Source: Felis catus (taxonomy: Eukaryota). Taken from it: a DNA stretch of 64,000 bases. The stretch spans positions 23,934,001-23,998,000 of the forward strand of contig NC_058368.1 of the NCBI RefSeq assembly GCF_018350175.1, read 5' to 3'. Positions within the stretch are counted from its first letter, which is position 1, and each line of letters starts with the position of its first letter. The notes beneath the pieces are model-generated. The model searched no databases and was not told the DNA's origin. It saw only the letters and a list, made by a program, of their open reading frames with translations. Below are positions 51,411 through 64,000 of this stretch, in pieces. Made by a program: the position numbers and the translations under genes.

Positions 51411-52008
51411 ATATTCCATGGTCCTGGCCACACTGATTGGTTCAGGAGTACACCTAAGACTTCAACCGGACCAATGAAATTTCATCTCTGGGATTCTTCA
51501 ATTTCAGGCTGGAAGAATCATGGAGCTCAACTCTATGAATCATTCTGCCTGTTCTGTGTCTGCTAAAGAGGAGAATAAGGACAAAACTGAAAAAAGCAGA
51601 CAAAGAGTGAAAGAGAATCAGAGGACAAGGGAGCTGATTTTTTTTAAAATTTTTTTTTAACGTTTATTTATTTTTGAGACAGAGAGAGACAGAGCATGAA
51701 CGGGGGAGGGGCAGAGAGAGAGGGAGACACAGAATTGGAAGCAGGCTCCAGGCTCTGAACCATCAGCCCAGAGCCCGACGCGGGGCTCGAACTCACCGAC
51801 CATGAGATCGTGACCTGAGCCAAAGTCAGACGCCTAACCGACTGAGCCACCCAGGCGCCCCTAGGAGCTGATTATTTCATTAGAGTCCCTAGATTCATTC
51901 ATGTTTGAAGCTGCCCACATTTCTTATTAAATAGGCCAGTTAATTCCATTTGAGGCTTAAGCTTGTTTAGTTGGGTTTCTTTCACTGGTAACCAAAAGAA
52001 CTCAGGTA
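51411..52008 (+). mobile_element. Old MaLR LTR (MLT1K/L-like), split by a SINE
   Basis: CCTGGCCACACTGATTGGTTCAGG...GCTTAAGCTTGTTTAGTTGGGTTTCT...TAACCAAAAGAA. Confidence 0.7.
51640..51861 (-). mobile_element. Young felid SINE
   Basis: CpG-rich; TSD GGAGCTGATT at 51630-51639 and 51864-51873. Confidence 0.96.
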
Positions 52009-52044
52009 CACACACAAACACACACACACACACACACACACACA
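52008..52044. repeat. (CA)n microsatellite
   Basis: Direct reading. Confidence 0.93.
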
Positions 52045-53697
52045 ATATATATACAATATACCAATATACATATATTTGAATGCACACATATAAATTTACA
52101 AGTACATACACACATATTCAATGAACATATATTGAGGGTCTAATATTTACCAAATTATGTCCTAGGGACTAAAGATTTAAAGACAGAAGACATATTTATG
52201 CATGCTTATGAGTGCCATTTCTTAAAGTTCTGGGTTAAGATGGAATTTTAAGCACATATTTTCTTCACTCTTTCTAAAAATATATCTAAAATAATATTGT
52301 TTTTAAGGAATAAACTTATAAGGACAAAGAGAATCATAGGAGCAACAAGTTCTGGTAGCTAGTAAGCAAATAATTGAGAAAGCTCTTTTTCTTGTAGCCA
52401 ATAGCAGGAAAACCTAAGGGACTCAATGGTGACCAAGAGCAAGGAAAGAATTAACTTGACCTATATACTCCCAAACTGAAACCCCCCAAGTTTTGCAAGT
52501 TAACACCACCAATTACCTCTGCAAGTGGGGCTATGGTTGGCTTTAAAAAAAAAAAAAAAAGAGAAAGGGTCACAGTCTGAAATTCAGTCAGATCCCCACA
52601 TCTCTCTCCTACTCAATACTGGAGTTACCTAGTACCTTAGGGAAAGGGTAAAATAGATGTTTTTTTTTTGGAGTGGAGGGTGTCACTAAGCAGGGTTGAG
52701 AATAGAAGGATCACATGATCACAGACAGCTTTAGTGGATATTTACAGCCAGAATAAGGAGATTCCCACCTTCGTCTGCCACTCAATTCCATCTTCAAGGA
52801 TTCTAAGCAGCTCAAAAGGCTGAAGAAATGCTCACCATTAGACATTCCAAGGAAATCTTGGAACCTTGGCAAGATATCTCTAAAGTATATCCACAGTGAG
52901 AGAGTTCCAAAGTGAAACCCACTAGCTCAGAGACTACAGGTTTTTCTTGTCCAAGTCTTGACCATGGATAATCAAAGATTAGCAAACATCTGAAGAATCA
53001 TGTAGCTATAATATTCATAGCAGGGATCAAAGGATCACGTAGCACTAATGCTCCAAGCAGAAAGAGATTCTTCAAGCAGTCAATAATTCCAAAATACTAC
53101 TAATATACCCATGGAAAAAAGGGGGAAAGAATCAGTTAAAAAGCACATTCAGAGAGCAAGGAAAAGCTTTCATAAATTTAAAATATTAGAAAAGGAATTT
53201 TTAAAAATCCATAGAAGAAACCTATATGAAATTAGCCAAAGACATGGAAAATAGGAGCAGGGGGTAAGAAGCAAAGATATTAAAGGATTAAATCAAGAAG
53301 TTCAATAACCAATCAATGACAATCTAGAAATAGAAAACTGAAAAAATAGAAAGAAATCATCAAAAGCTAATTGATGAAGAATTTTCCATGAATAAATGAC
53401 AAATGTTTCCTAGATTAAAAAGATTCATTAAGAGACCAACTGAGTAGAAGAAAATAAACACTCACCAAGGCCCGTCATCATGACCTTTCCCCATTTCGGA
53501 ACACTGATGACAAAGTGAAGATTCCAAAAAATTTGAGAGAACGAAGGAGAGGGGAAGAGGTTGAGGGATAAAGAGGTGGGGGGAGGGTTACTTACAAACG
53601 TACAAATAGGATCGATACCTGACTACTTGACAACATGGAAGCTACAAGGCAGTGGACAATGCCAAACAAATTCTGAAGGAAAACAGTTTCCAATTCT

Positions 53698-54277
53698 ATC
53701 AGAAGGGTCCCCAAGACTAACCCCAGTTTCACTGATTTGCTGGAAGAATTTCAAAGGATTCCGAATACAATTATACTCACTGCTGTGGTTTATAAGAGCA
53801 AAAGGGTACAAAGCAAAATCAGCAACGAGAAAAGGCACACCTGGTAAAGACCTGAGACTACCAGGCTCAAACTGCCAAGAGCCATCTTCCAGTGAAGGCA
53901 CAAATGATGTGTTTAACTCTCCCGGCTATGCTGAACTCTTTCACATGTGACATCACGTGTGGCAGACTATCAGAGAAGCTCATTAGAGAGGATATGCCCA
54001 AGTATTTTTACTGGAGGCTGGTCAGGTAGGCACCTTCTCGCTAGCATTTACCAAAATTCAAGACTCCCAAAAGAAATGCAGGGGTTCAGCATAAACCATA
54101 TTATTTGCACAAACAGCTAAGGCATAGTAAAGTACTCTTATTCAGGGAATGTTTATGTCAGTGTAGGAAGTGTTTACAGTTCAAGTTTGCAGACACCAGC
54201 CAAGGACCAACCTTTCAAGCAGGCCTTCCTAAGGATAATATTATCAGGCCCAGTATATTAACTCTTTTCTGTGTACC
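53698..54277 (-). mobile_element. ERVL solo LTR (MER77-like)
   Basis: GGGTCCCCAAGACTAACCCCAG...CAAAGCAAAATCAGCAA...CAGACACCAGCCAAGGACCAACC...TTAACTCTTTTCTG. Confidence 0.75.
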
Positions 54278-54288
54278 AACCCACAATT

Positions 54289-54480
54289 TTTAAAATATTT
54301 TTTAAATGTTTATTTGGGGGGGGGAGGGGCACAGAGTGAGAGAGACATAGAATCCGCAGCAGGCTCAAGGCTCTGAGCTGTCAGCACAGAGCCCGATGCA
54401 AGGCTTGAACTCACAAACCGTGAGATCATGACCTGAGCCAAAGTTGGACGTTCGACAAATGAATCACCCAGGCACCCCCC
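54289..54480 (-). mobile_element. Can-SINE
   Basis: GGCTCTGAGCTGTCAGCACAGAGCCCGA...CACCCAGGCACCCC. Confidence 0.93.
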
Positions 54481-57159
54481 AACCATGAATTCTCGATTAA
54501 ACTATCCACCAAATGTGAACATTGAATAAAGATATTTTCAAAAAAAAATTTCCATCCTACACATTCTTTCTCAGGAGAATACTGATGCATATACTTCACC
54601 AAAAAGAGTAAAACAAGAAGTAGGAAGACTGGAAAACCAGGGACTCCCACACAGAAAAGAGGCAATGAAATCCCCAGAACGATGGTGAGGGAAGATTCCA
54701 GGATGACAGCTTGCACCAGGCACTGATGATAAGCAGTTTAAGAAAGAACAGAGTAGGAGGCTCCAAGAGAAATTTCTTCAGGAGTTATCATTAGGATATT
54801 TGACGGACTGAAAAGATTGAGAGCACACTTAGGTAAGTGACAGGTGCTTAAGGTTGAATTAGTAAGAAGTGCATAGAAAAGGAAGCAAACATACAATCAA
54901 AACAACAAATACCTCCAGGGAAAACAAAAAGTTGGACTGGAAAGGAAAAGTGATCATGGACACAAAAGATACAGCTAAGTGGAAAAACGCCAAATACATT
55001 TTAACATGTGTATTTTATGACAGCATTTGTGATTTTCTAAAAAGACTATACAAACACGGACACATTTACCTGTGCACCAAAGATCTCTGTAAAGCTAATC
55101 AAGAAGAGCTGTCTTTTGAGGAAAGAACTAAAGTAAGACATTGAATGAGATCAGGGCATTTGTTTTCTTTCAATTAGTCACTATTTGAGTTTTTGAGACC
55201 TTATGCCATGGACATGTATGCCTTTTTCATGCAAGCAAGCCAATAAAATGACTCTCCTAAACCCAAACGCAAAAACAAGAGTAGCAGAGAACAGCAAGAT
55301 CCCTTCTACAGCCCCACCAGCCAGCCAGCTTCCTTCGGCAGTTATGGGGCCCTGACTTCACATCTTACAAACTATCCGGAAAAAGCACCTTTGTCCATGT
55401 GCAAGAAAAGGTGAAGTGACACTTCTTTCCCTTTAATTAGAAATATGTAGGAAAAAGAATCCAGCTTTTATTTGTAAACAAAACTCCTGTATTTAAAAAA
55501 TGTGGATAGTCTTCCTTTGGTCTCCAATAGACATTTAAAAACTTTGTGCTCAAGGATAATTTTACCTTAAGTTGCAGTATCAGATAACTACAGATGATTA
55601 TTTTATCATGGTCATAATAGCCCAAGAAGAGGCTAGAACAGCATGCAATAAAATATGATTATTATTATCTACAGCACTATTCAAACAGAAGAGTTTACTA
55701 CACTAATCAGCAAACTAAAAGGAATGGCTTATCCTATCTACCTCATGAAAACTCTAAAAATGTACTCAAACAGTTTTTAATCCATCAAGCACAGGAGTTC
55801 CTTAGAGATATATATTTTTTAATGTGCTTACATTCAAGCTACAGATAAAGGCAGAAGAGCATTATGAATTACTCTGCAGTCAAGAGCAGCCCAGAGGCAG
55901 ACAACTTCAGTTTGGCTATCCTGCTTTCCCCTTGCCATGGCTGCCTATAGAAACTCTTCCAGCCCACACATACCCTCCCCCAACATCCCACAGGCCTTTT
56001 CTTCTTCAAAAGCCTGCAAAGCAGCAAGTGTGGCAGCAGGTAGGGATAGCTTTTAATAATGAAGACATAACGGATAATTCAGAAGCAGAAGTCTTGCAAA
56101 GGACCTTAAAACAAGTTTCACAAAAAAAAGAAGAGCCATCAAAAATGTAAGGTATGGCAACAATCACAATATCCAATGATGAGGGAACTATTTTGAGAGG
56201 CCAAGGTCTCAGTATTGTTTTCCACAGATTGATTAAACACTGCATGTATAGGAGAGGGTGAGCAGGACCCATATTTATCCTGCCATGTTCCTTCTCTATC
56301 AGAAAGAGAACTAAGGTCCAGAATAGAAAATAATTTAAATACTTTTTACTCTAAACATTCTGTGAACGCACACAGGTTTCTGAGCATTTATGGGAGTAAC
56401 ACTGCAGAGCCCCATCATCTTGTGGCCCACGTTGACAGTTTTGATTAGAGTATTAAATCTTACATATAAGCTCTTCTCTGCACTGACAACTGCACATCCC
56501 CTAGCTAAACCACACAGCAAAGATTTGTTTCCATTCGCTTTCGATCAGTGGACCACTGCTTGGATGATATACTGCATTTGCCAGTATGTAGCAAAAATAA
56601 CTTCCATTGGAATCACTTATGATTGGGTTAAAAATTGATCATGCTAAAAATCATGTCAAAAGTGATGCAGCACAGCCCCCAAACTTATTAACTCCACCTC
56701 CAGAGAGTGAAACCTGGAGATTCCTTTTAAATAGGCTTTTCAAACGATTGTTAAGTACACAAAGTTAGAGAGCCAGTGGGGACTCTCAGTTCACTAACAC
56801 GATCCATAGTGCTTGCTGCGAACTCCGGATTTGCTTTTCATCTGCATAATTAACGTATTTGTCCAGTGAGCAATTATTTATTGTTCTCTATGTATTATAC
56901 CTTGTTCTAGGTAACAGGGGATGGTATTGAGTAAAACAGACATGGTCCCTGCCCTCACCAGAGCGCTTACACCCTAACGCATGCCAGTATTTCATGAGAT
57001 TATCTGGCAAAGTTGTGGCTGCCACCTGATAAACATCACATGGAAAGCTTATTAAATATCATGTACATTTAGCATATCTGGGGTGGGTTTTATAATTAAC
57101 AAAGTTCCCAAATGACTAAAACCATTATGAGAAACCTGTTGTGGAGGGTTGGTGTACAG

Positions 57160-57445
57160 AATATATAATTTATTGTGTATGTTCAGGCTTAAATTAATAT
57201 ATTGTACAATGTTTGTGGTTTGAATTCAAAAAAGCAGATTTATATATCAATATATTCATTGTGATCATAGTTACATATAATATATAACAATTATATTAAT
57301 GTATATGTTAACACAATCACTAATTATGTATCAATATATTGATATATTAAAATATATTTCATGTAATATATTACATGTAATATAATGTAATTATATTATA
57401 CATCCTATTAATATATGTTATATTACATATAAAAACATATTAGAT
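57160..57445. repeat. AT-rich low-complexity tract containing short perfect palindromes
   Basis: ATCAATATATTGAT and CATGTAATATATTACATG read directly. Confidence 0.85.
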
Positions 57446-57449
57446 TACA

Positions 57450-58123
57450 TGCACATGTGCAGGGCCATGAAAATTTTGAGTCCCCCCACCACACTAAAAA
57501 TATGTGTTTTTCATAGTTTATTTAGTACCAGTCGGTGATTCTATTTAACACGGCCTCCAAGCACCATGCTGAGGCACTGTGTGGTATTCCTACAAGAAGG
57601 CTGTAATGTATTTTATGGAAAAAATACATGTGTTAGATTAGCTTCCTTTAGGCATGAGTTATAGTACTGTTGGCCATGAGTTCAAGGCCACTGAATTTTA
57701 TATACACATTTTCACATATTTCATAAATATATAAATATATATTAATGAATGATATCTATATTATAATATGTCACAATGTATAACATATAATACATAATAT
57801 TTCATTGTATCTATTTATACATACACTTTTATGTATATATGAAATTCATTAACACTGAATTCATGTCAACAGTACTCTAACTCACACCTAAAGGAAACTT
57901 ATATAACTCATGTATATCTAACACACACATATAATAAGGTGTCTCTGAACAGAACATTCAAAAGAAGCTCATATGGAGATCAGCAGAAAAATTACTGTGA
58001 TCAGAGGTTTGCAGGAAACTACCCCTGTATTTTACCTAAGGACTAAGTTTTGTAATTTTCTAACTCAGGGTTCACAGTGACTGAATAGAATACAACTATA
58101 ACCACCAACAAAAATAAACTGTA
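57450..58123 (-). mobile_element. TcMar-Tigger relic (MER82-like) containing an internal inverted duplication
   Basis: GAAAATTTTGAGTCCCC...CAAGAAGGCTGTAATG...GGCATGAGTTATAGT...GCAGGAAACTACCCCTGTATTT...ATAAACTGTA. Confidence 0.75.
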
Positions 58124-58144
58124 TTTGAATTTTCAGAAGTGAAA

Positions 58145-58385
58145 TTAATGATAACACCTTTACCACAGACAGCAAACGCTCTCAGATACCATGCTAAGTG
58201 CCTACTGCTTATTAGCTATTTTATTTTATTTTTTGACAACCCTATGAGGAAGGTATTATTATTGTTATTCTACAGAGGAAGAAACAAATACACAAAGAGA
58301 TCAATTATCTTCTCAGGATTATACAGCTAATTAAGTGATAGAGCTGAATTTGAAACTAGTTTTGACTTCTAAGCCCAGGTGATTA
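58145..58385 (-). mobile_element. MIR
   Basis: ACAACCCTATGAGGAAGGTATTATT...TACAGAGGAAGAAAC...CAGCTAATTAAGTGATAGAGCTG. Confidence 0.8.
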
Positions 58386-60274
58386 TGTAAACACTTCTTC
58401 CACTGTAACACCAGAACCAAAGAAACTCCACCCATTTTTTAAGTACCTATTTCATCATCACATTTTAATAGATGACATTTTGGATAAGGATTTTATTTGT
58501 TGTGTCACTGTTGATACCTTTACCACCTTTCTACATTCTAATAAAGTGGTTCTTTGGTTTGGATGCCTTATTCTTAAGTTCCTGATGGGTAAATCTTCCG
58601 AAAAAAAATGTCCTTAGTTCTAGACGGAGAAGTCTTAAAAGGCAATGTGGGTTATTAGCATGTATCGCCTTGGATCTCTCTCCACTGTTTTTGCAACTTC
58701 CGGTAAACCTATCATTATTTCAAAATACTTTTCGAAAATGACCTTGAAAATCCCTTCCAAACCTGAAATTCCATACTTTCTTGAACTTGGGTTGTGTTGG
58801 CACTTAGCACCACGTAATACACTTGTTGACGTAAAACCACAAAGGATAAGCACAGCAATAGCAGCACATCAATTCCTTGCGGGAACTATTTAAAGACAAT
58901 GTACCAGCACAGATACTAAATAGATACTGTGAGGACACTTTCAGGGAAAAGCTAAGTCAGTAAAACAGAAGTTGATCACTTCTGTATTGCAGAAGGCTTC
59001 AACAGTATTACCAGAGTGGTACAACTTGCTTTAGCACAGCTTCAGCTTTCTTTGTGGGATTAACAAAGTAACAACACATCCAAACACCCAAAGCTATTTT
59101 AAAATGATATACTTAGAAGACCAAACACACTAAATGCTACAAAGCAAAACAAAAACCCTGACTTCTTCTCCTGTGAAACACCATATAAAGTGATATATAT
59201 TTAGAAATCCAAACTCATCTGAAATACAATATACACAATATGGACAAGTTTGGGATTTCCTGACTTTAGGGCATACGTTTTCAGCCAACTGACTAAAACA
59301 GCTTTTTGGAATTCGAATTACACTCTTTATAAGAAATGTTGCACACAAAAAAACTAATGCACAAAATCTAGCCTAAGAATAAGAAAAGTCAAATCATTTG
59401 AGGCTCTCCAGTCATCCCTTATCTTGATGACTCAGGAAACCTAACTGGCGAGGTAATGAAGGCAATTTTTTAAATGTTCTTTTAAAAAAAAAAATCACTG
59501 AGGTAGCTGCCAGTCTACTACATGAAGAGCCATAATATAATGGAATTAATGTCTTGAAATTACATTTCTAGCAGGATATGAAGGTCATTCTTACAAGGTA
59601 TGAAACCATCAACTAAAACTCTAATGACCACATACATTAAGACTGCACTGAATATTAATTTGCTTTTCATTACTGTTTGTGTTCCTCATTTTGAATTTGT
59701 GATCAAGTATTCATAGCAAAGAATTGGAAGTTTTATCCATGCCAATGTCGTCAATGATGTTATAATGGAATTTCAAAAGGCGCAAAATAAGACATGTCAC
59801 AAAGGTAGAGACATTTAACCATATAAACAAGCCCTAGAGGGTGACATAGTCCCAATTATTTTTATCTTTTCTTATTCACTAGGTTTTGTGCTTATAATTT
59901 AACCAAAAGTATTTTGCTTTGTTTGAAGCACATTGGCCCTTGAGGTCAAACGCATTTTTTCAAACATGTATCATCTAGAAAACTGACTCTTATGGATCCA
60001 ATCTATGCCTCCCCCTGGACATTATTTGTAAGATCACTCTAAGTATAATGCTACCTTGTTTGGAGACCGTGAGTGTATTCAAATTTCAGACCTCCAGATT
60101 TAGTTAAGAATCACTTAATTTTAAGCAGAAGCTTAATGTATTTTAGATCAAGAAACTTTCTTCAAGCAGGGCTAACAAATGTATATTTCTTCTTAACAGT
60201 ACTTAGGCTTTCTCCACAGATAATGGTACTGAAACTTTGTATAATAAATTCAAAGCTACAATTCTGAAATAATT

Positions 60275-61462
60275 GAAAAGCCGGATTTCATTAAAAGTAA
60301 AAACTTTTGCTCTGCAAAAGACAGTGTCAAGAGAGTGAAAAGATAAGCCACACACTATGAGAAAATATTCACAAAAGACAGAGTTGATAAAGGACTGTTA
60401 CCCGAAATGTGCAAAGAACTCTTAAAACTTAACAGTAAGAAAAGAGCCCAACCTAAAAATGAGCCAAAGACATTAATAGACTCCTCACCAAAGAAGATAT
60501 ACATATGGCAAACAATTCTATTAATAGATGCTCTACACTGTATGAGAGAAATGCACATTAAAACAATGAGATACCACGGCACACACCTATTAGAATGACC
60601 AAAATTCAGAACACTGACAACACCAAATGGTGTCAAGGATGTGGAGCACAGCAACTTTCATTCATTGCTGAGGAAATGCAAAATGGTACAGCCACTTCAG
60701 AAGACAGTTTGGTGGTTTCTCAGAAAACTAAACATACTTGTAACATATAATCCAGCAATCATGCTCCTTGGTATTTACCCAAAAGAATTGAAAACATGTC
60801 CACACAAAAACCTGAACGTGGTTGTTTATGGCATCTCATTATTTCCACAACTTGTAAGTGCTCAAGATGTCCCTCAATAGGTGAACGGATAAACTTTGGC
60901 AAATCCCAACAATAAATTGTTCAGTGTTTAAAAGAAATGAGCTATGTGCCATCAAGCCATGAAAAGACATGAAGGAAACTTAAATTATATTACTCAGTGC
61001 AAGAAGCCAATCTAGAAAGGCTGGATACTCTATGATTTCAACTATAGGATATTCTGAAAAAAGAGAAAACTAAGGGGACAGTAAAAAGATCTGTGGTTGC
61101 CAAGGGTTGTAAGGTAGACACAGGGATCAACAGTAGAGCTCACAGGATATTTAGGGCAGTAGAAATACTCTGCATAATATCATAATGATGCATACGTGTC
61201 ATTATTCATATGTCCAAATACACAGAATGTACATCATCAAGAGTGAGGCATAAAATAAACTTTGGACTTTGGGTGATTATGATGTGTCAATGCAGGCTCA
61301 TCAATTTTGACAAAATGTACTACTCAGGTAGAAGCTGTTGATAATGGTGGAAGCTATGTGTGTGGTGGGGCAGGGGGTACATGAGGAATCTGTCTTCCCC
61401 TCAATTTTGTTATGAATTTTGAACTGCTTTGAAAAATAAAGCTTTAATTCAAAGAAAAAAAA
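60275..61462 (+). mobile_element. Old LINE-1 3' part (L1MC1/L1MD-like)
   Basis: ORF2 tail remnant (VQPLQKTVWWFLRKLNILVTYNPAIMLLGIYPKELKT); 3' end TGGACTTTGGGTGATTATGATGTGTCAATG...AAAATAAAG. Confidence 0.88.
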
Positions 61463-61984
61463 ACCTGAGAACTTTTGAAAATTGAGTTCTAAATTTCAAG
61501 CATAAAATTTGAGTTACATCCTCAATTGTCACAGAACCACTAGAAAATAGAAGAGTTAGCCATGTTTAAGTAAACGCAGTATAATGTAAGCAGATGATTC
61601 CTTTGATTCTGATAAATCAGGAAGTAATACATTTGCCTGAATCTTCATAGTCATTGCATCCATAGTTACCAGACCACACTGGTTAAATATTCCTTGAAGA
61701 CCAATTTAAAATGCATTGTCAGCCTACAAAAACATTCATAAGCTTTTTTCTTCTCTACAACTACACAACTGACCCACCAATAGGACTCTGAGACATCGTT
61801 TCACACAGTTTCTCATTTTATTAAAACTGTCATTTCTGTCAAGTCTAACTTCTTTTTGGCACAGCTCAATTTCTTTGTAGATCCTTGGTCTGGTAGCCTC
61901 TGTTAGTTTCAAGGCTCAAACTCCATTGTTCTATTGTATATACTTTTACCTCAATATGAAAATATTGCACACAAAATAAAATTC

Positions 61985-62350
61985 CCTACTGGGTTCCATA
62001 GGATGTGAATGCTGCCCTCATCTCTAGTCTTATCTTGTTCTACTCTCTCCTTACCCACTAACTCCATCCACATGCCCAAGCCCGCTTTTTATTTGACTGG
62101 GTCAAGGCCTCCCTTGCCTTAGAGCCTTTGTGTGTACTATTCTCCACGTACTACACTCTGCTCTGAATCCTTACTTAGCTGAGACCTTCTTGTAATTCAA
62201 TTCTCAGCAGCCCCGTCCCTTCTTCAGAGAGTCGTCCCCAGCAATTCATTCAAATACAGTCAACCTACCACGTCTTCTTCCCGCAAGCAAATGTCAAACC
62301 CCCGACTTCATTTTCCTCTCTGGATTTACCACCATCTAGGATGATACTGC
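61985..62350 (+). mobile_element. L2 fragment
   Basis: CCCTTGCCTTAGAGCCTTTGTGTGTACTATT...TCTCAGC...CCTTCTTCAGAGAG. Confidence 0.6.
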
Positions 62351-62356
62351 TTTTGT

Positions 62357-62479
62357 TGTGATGAGCACCAGGTGATGTATGGAAGTGTTGAATCACTGTA
62401 TTGAACACCTAAAACTACGATTACACACTGTATTTTAATAACTGGAATTTAAATAAAAACTTAAATAAATAAAAATAAG
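62357..62479 (+). mobile_element. Very short carnivore L1 3' end
   Basis: TTGTGATGAGCACCAGGTGATGTATGGAAGTGTTGAATCAC...AACTGGAATTTAAATAAAAAC plus A-rich tail. Confidence 0.85.
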
Positions 62480-63639
62480 ATCACAGTGCTAACTCACTTG
62501 TTTCCCTTTTTCTGAGGTAGTCCAACTGCACTGTATTGCAGTTTGAAGAATGCCAAGCCCCAGTTCTCTCAGTGACACAGAATTACCCAGACAACGCCCA
62601 CAGATAGGCTAACCCTTTGCAGAAACCTCAGTGGCTTCACATTGACAGGATGGTCCCCTCCATCCACTGTAATATGAAAATGTATTAAGTTTTAAAGAAA
62701 TAATTATACTGTTACAGATATGCTTTTGAAAAGTTGTGTTATTATTTAGAAATAATATTTTTTAAATTTTATTAGATAAGAAACTATTTAGGACTATTAA
62801 TCCAAATACACTTATAAGTCACTTTTTCCCCTAATCATGATTTATTTTCTGATGAAGAAAATAAAGTCTATTCATTGTAGAAAAATTAGAAAATGCAAAA
62901 AGAATTTATAAAAATTAATGAAAATAAACAGCATCTTATTACAGAAAACATTTGGTAATATTTCCATTTAGTCTTTTATTCTATGCACAAAAAACATGTA
63001 TATTCATTATGAATGTGAAGCCCTATCGTGTATGCAATTTAGAACTATAAATTTTATTAATTTTCTTATCCTGTCATAACATGTTCTCTAAAATAATATG
63101 GTAACTTATTTAGCCAAACCTTTATTACTGAATATGTGGGTTACTGACAAATTTTGATTAATATATAAAAGTGTGATAAGTACTACCAAACACACGTATA
63201 TTCTAAATTACATCACATTTGACCAATGTTTCACCAAATGGACCTGTATATCCAAGAAACACACAACTGACACTTTTACTTAAGGTAAGTCTTGTTGGTT
63301 CTTTTTAAAACAAATAGCCAATACTGAAAAATCAAGTGGTGACTCCCAACCAAGTGACTTAGCAGAAAGATTCACTATTTCTCTTCGCCAGTGCATGTTA
63401 ATTAAATGAAATTAAACTGTCCTCTTCTAAACATATAACACATATGACCCGAGACATTTCAGAGAGAGAATAATTGTGTGATACACATTTATAACATTTC
63501 CACGCTTTTCTAATAGATTCAGAAGGAGAATTTGGAAGTCAGAACTGAGAAGTCTAGGTTAAACCAACCAAGTAAGGATCAGGGAAGATACAGTAAGATT
63601 TGAAGAATTTGTCATATACTGTGTCTTACTATAGTCACA

Positions 63640-63850
63640 AGAAGGGACATTGGAGCCCAACTCAGCTGGTTAGACTCCTAGGCAAATTACTTCTAGAGGT
63701 TTGATCTTGGGTAGTTTGCATACACTCTGAGATTTTTACTTATGAGAAATGGAGATTTAAAAAGTATGTGAAATAATTACTAAGGATTAAATATGACAAA
63801 CTCTTAGTATACTTAGCACATACTAGATGCTTACCCAATGTCAGCTCTGT
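63640..63850 (+). mobile_element. MIR
   Basis: TGATCTTGGGTAGTT...AAGGATTAAATATGA...ACTTAGCACATA. Confidence 0.55.
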
Positions 63851-64000
63851 TCTCCTGTAAGGATCCAAAACAAGACAATGAATCACACACTAATAACCAA
63901 GTAATCACAACCAAAGTCCCAAAGCTATAATCAAATGGATACAAATGTCAGAGCTCAGAGCAAGGTCAAAGTTTAGAAAGTAAACACTCAAGGACTAGAA

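Larger units (their letters stand above)
52230..55000 (+). mobile_element. HAL1 (half-L1) decayed element, interrupted by an LTR and a SINE
   Basis: ORF1-like remnants 53150-53700; HAL1-type TTCTCAGGAGAATACTGA...GATGGTGAGGGAAGATTCCAGGATGACAGCTTG. Confidence 0.7.

Noticed and set aside
53561..53950. 129-aa ORF
   Set aside because: Spans the HAL1 / MER77-like LTR junction, so repeat-derived
55824..56150. 108-aa ORF with a charged tail
   Set aside because: GTG start, no recognisable domain, no convincing splice partners
59690..59800. Possible hAT transposase tail (VVNDVIMEFQKAQ)
   Set aside because: Resemblance too short to support without an HMM search
1..64000. CRISPR arrays, operons, rRNA genes, CpG-island promoter
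   Set aside because: Mammalian repeat-rich DNA; none seen

Overview
AT-rich, repeat-dense mammalian genomic DNA, almost certainly from a felid: it carries 18 tRNA-derived carnivore SINEs, many with the feliform-type GCTGACAGCTCAGAGCCTGGAGCCTG internal segment, and a young cat-type L1. Roughly half the window is nested LINE-1 of several ages. The rest includes HAL1, L2, MIR, MaLR/ERVL LTR fragments, Tigger and hAT DNA-transposon relics, and AT-rich or microsatellite tracts. The only long ORF is the 3' part of L1 ORF2 (open from base 1, premature stop at 1603-1605). No host gene can be named. However, three short minus-strand segments with canonical splice sites (14254-14263, 12233-12262, 9387-9428) join in frame to MDEVQITASGFPSAPSLEEALQRERGK, so the window may be intronic with microexons of an unidentified gene. 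Other points of interest are a locally templated ~150-bp insertion inside an L1, a fold-back inverted duplication inside a MER82-like transposon, and a 5'-intact but 3'-truncated L1 fused to an ERVL pol fragment. I see no convincing evidence of a wholly new biological system. Repeat subfamily names come from recalled consensus sequences, not from a search, and boundaries of old repeats are approximate.
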